This document shows positions 36,590 through 37,601 of a stretch of DNA of 37,601 bases, in pieces. Location of the stretch: positions 56,274,893 to 56,312,493 of the forward strand of contig NC_068986.1 in assembly GCF_001194135.2 (NCBI RefSeq), in the 5' to 3' direction. Position 1 is the stretch's first letter; every line of letters begins with the position of its first letter. The translations under genes were made by a program, and so were the position numbers. Under the pieces are notes generated by a model. The model did no database searches. It was not told the DNA's origin and worked only from the letters and a program-made list of their open reading frames with translations. Origin of the DNA: Octopus bimaculoides. Taxonomy: Eukaryota.

Positions 36590-37601
36590 GTAAGAATCAA
36601 TCATTATTTTTTCAAAACTATTCTACAATTCCTTAATTTGTTTTATGTCTGCTTTTTTGTGCTTTCATGAATTGGACAAATACATTATTGTTTAAGCAGT
36701 AAGTGTGTTTAAAAAGACATAAAAGGAAGAAATAGAGAAAACAGCAACAAGACAATGTGGCACTTGATTTTAAAACTAACCAAATGGGCAGAGTAAATGA
36801 ATTCAAATGACGGCTGACAAAAATTGTATAAGAAAATACCTCAAAGGGGAACTCACTTCTCTTTAAGCACATACAGCTTATTGTCTCAAGACTAAGCATA
36901 CTGCCTTAATCTGTTGGGTAGATAGTGAAGGAAGGAAGGAAGGAGGGAGGGAGGGAGAGAGGGAAGAAGGGGTCAGTAGAGTTGGGTAGCATGCTTAGTC
37001 TTGTGACTATTATATTCCTGGATTGATCAATTCTTTGTGAGTGAATTTGGTAGATGAAAACTGCAAAAACCCCTCATATGTCCATGTGTGTGTATTCTTG
37101 AAAATGAGTTGAACTGAGGTTCATAGGATGCAGCACAGAACTTTGTCAGTGAACAGGTCGCGGCCTCAAAGCGACGAAAATATTTTGACACAAATTAAAT
37201 TTAAATGTTGAAGTGAAACTAACGGTTTTTGTGTGTTGTTGAATGGCTTACAGACATCTTGCACACTGTAATTGTTTTTGTTTCAGTACACGATCTCAGA
37301 TCAAGTCACTTGCTATGCAAGTACATCTCTGTAATTTTTCTAAATCACTGTGGATAAATGCCAGCAATGACCTTCTTAGGCTCTCCAATATTTTAATTTA
37401 TAAACAGAAACAATCAAGGGTAGGAAGTGGGGTTGCAAAAAATTCATAATTTCTCAAATTTTCTTTTCTATAGCATATAAATGTATTTATGGGGAAAAAA
37501 AATATTGAAAACATCAATACATGTGAGAGTGATAAACGAGGAGGGTTATCTTTGGATGTGCTAGAAACAACAGGCAAATCACCCTTAAATCACTCACTTT
37601 T

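Overview
AT-rich, repeat-dense eukaryotic genomic DNA from a gapped scaffold. It is very probably a cephalopod (Octopus); this is inferred from its tRNA-derived SINE families, (GAT)n-tailed retro-repeats and microsatellite load. It is not prokaryotic, and almost all ORF-track entries are noise from microsatellites, gaps or decayed transposons. Only two protein-coding segments are recognisable. (1) The first coding exon of a MELK-like Ser/Thr kinase (+, CDS 36532-36589), which continues beyond the window. (2) A lone TOP3B (topoisomerase III beta) exon (-, 2385-2613) with a broken splice acceptor, embedded in a tandem array of Helitron-like elements, which suggests a captured or duplicated gene fragment. 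A possible first coding exon (MASDSE, -, 9815-9832) heads a chain of weak exon candidates. The rest is transposon fossils: full-length decayed mariner and Tc1 elements, a non-autonomous LTR element, RTE and CR1/Crack-like LINE remnants, several SINEs and MITEs, and telomere-like repeats. At large scale, a CpG-retaining centre (about 7.3-21.25 kb) lies between two CpG-depleted flanks, consistent with two divergent methylated gene bodies. I found no convincing new multi-gene system. The best leads are the Helitron-associated TOP3B exon, the CpG domain architecture, a miRNA-like hairpin and an LTR element carrying an antisense repeat-ORF remnant.
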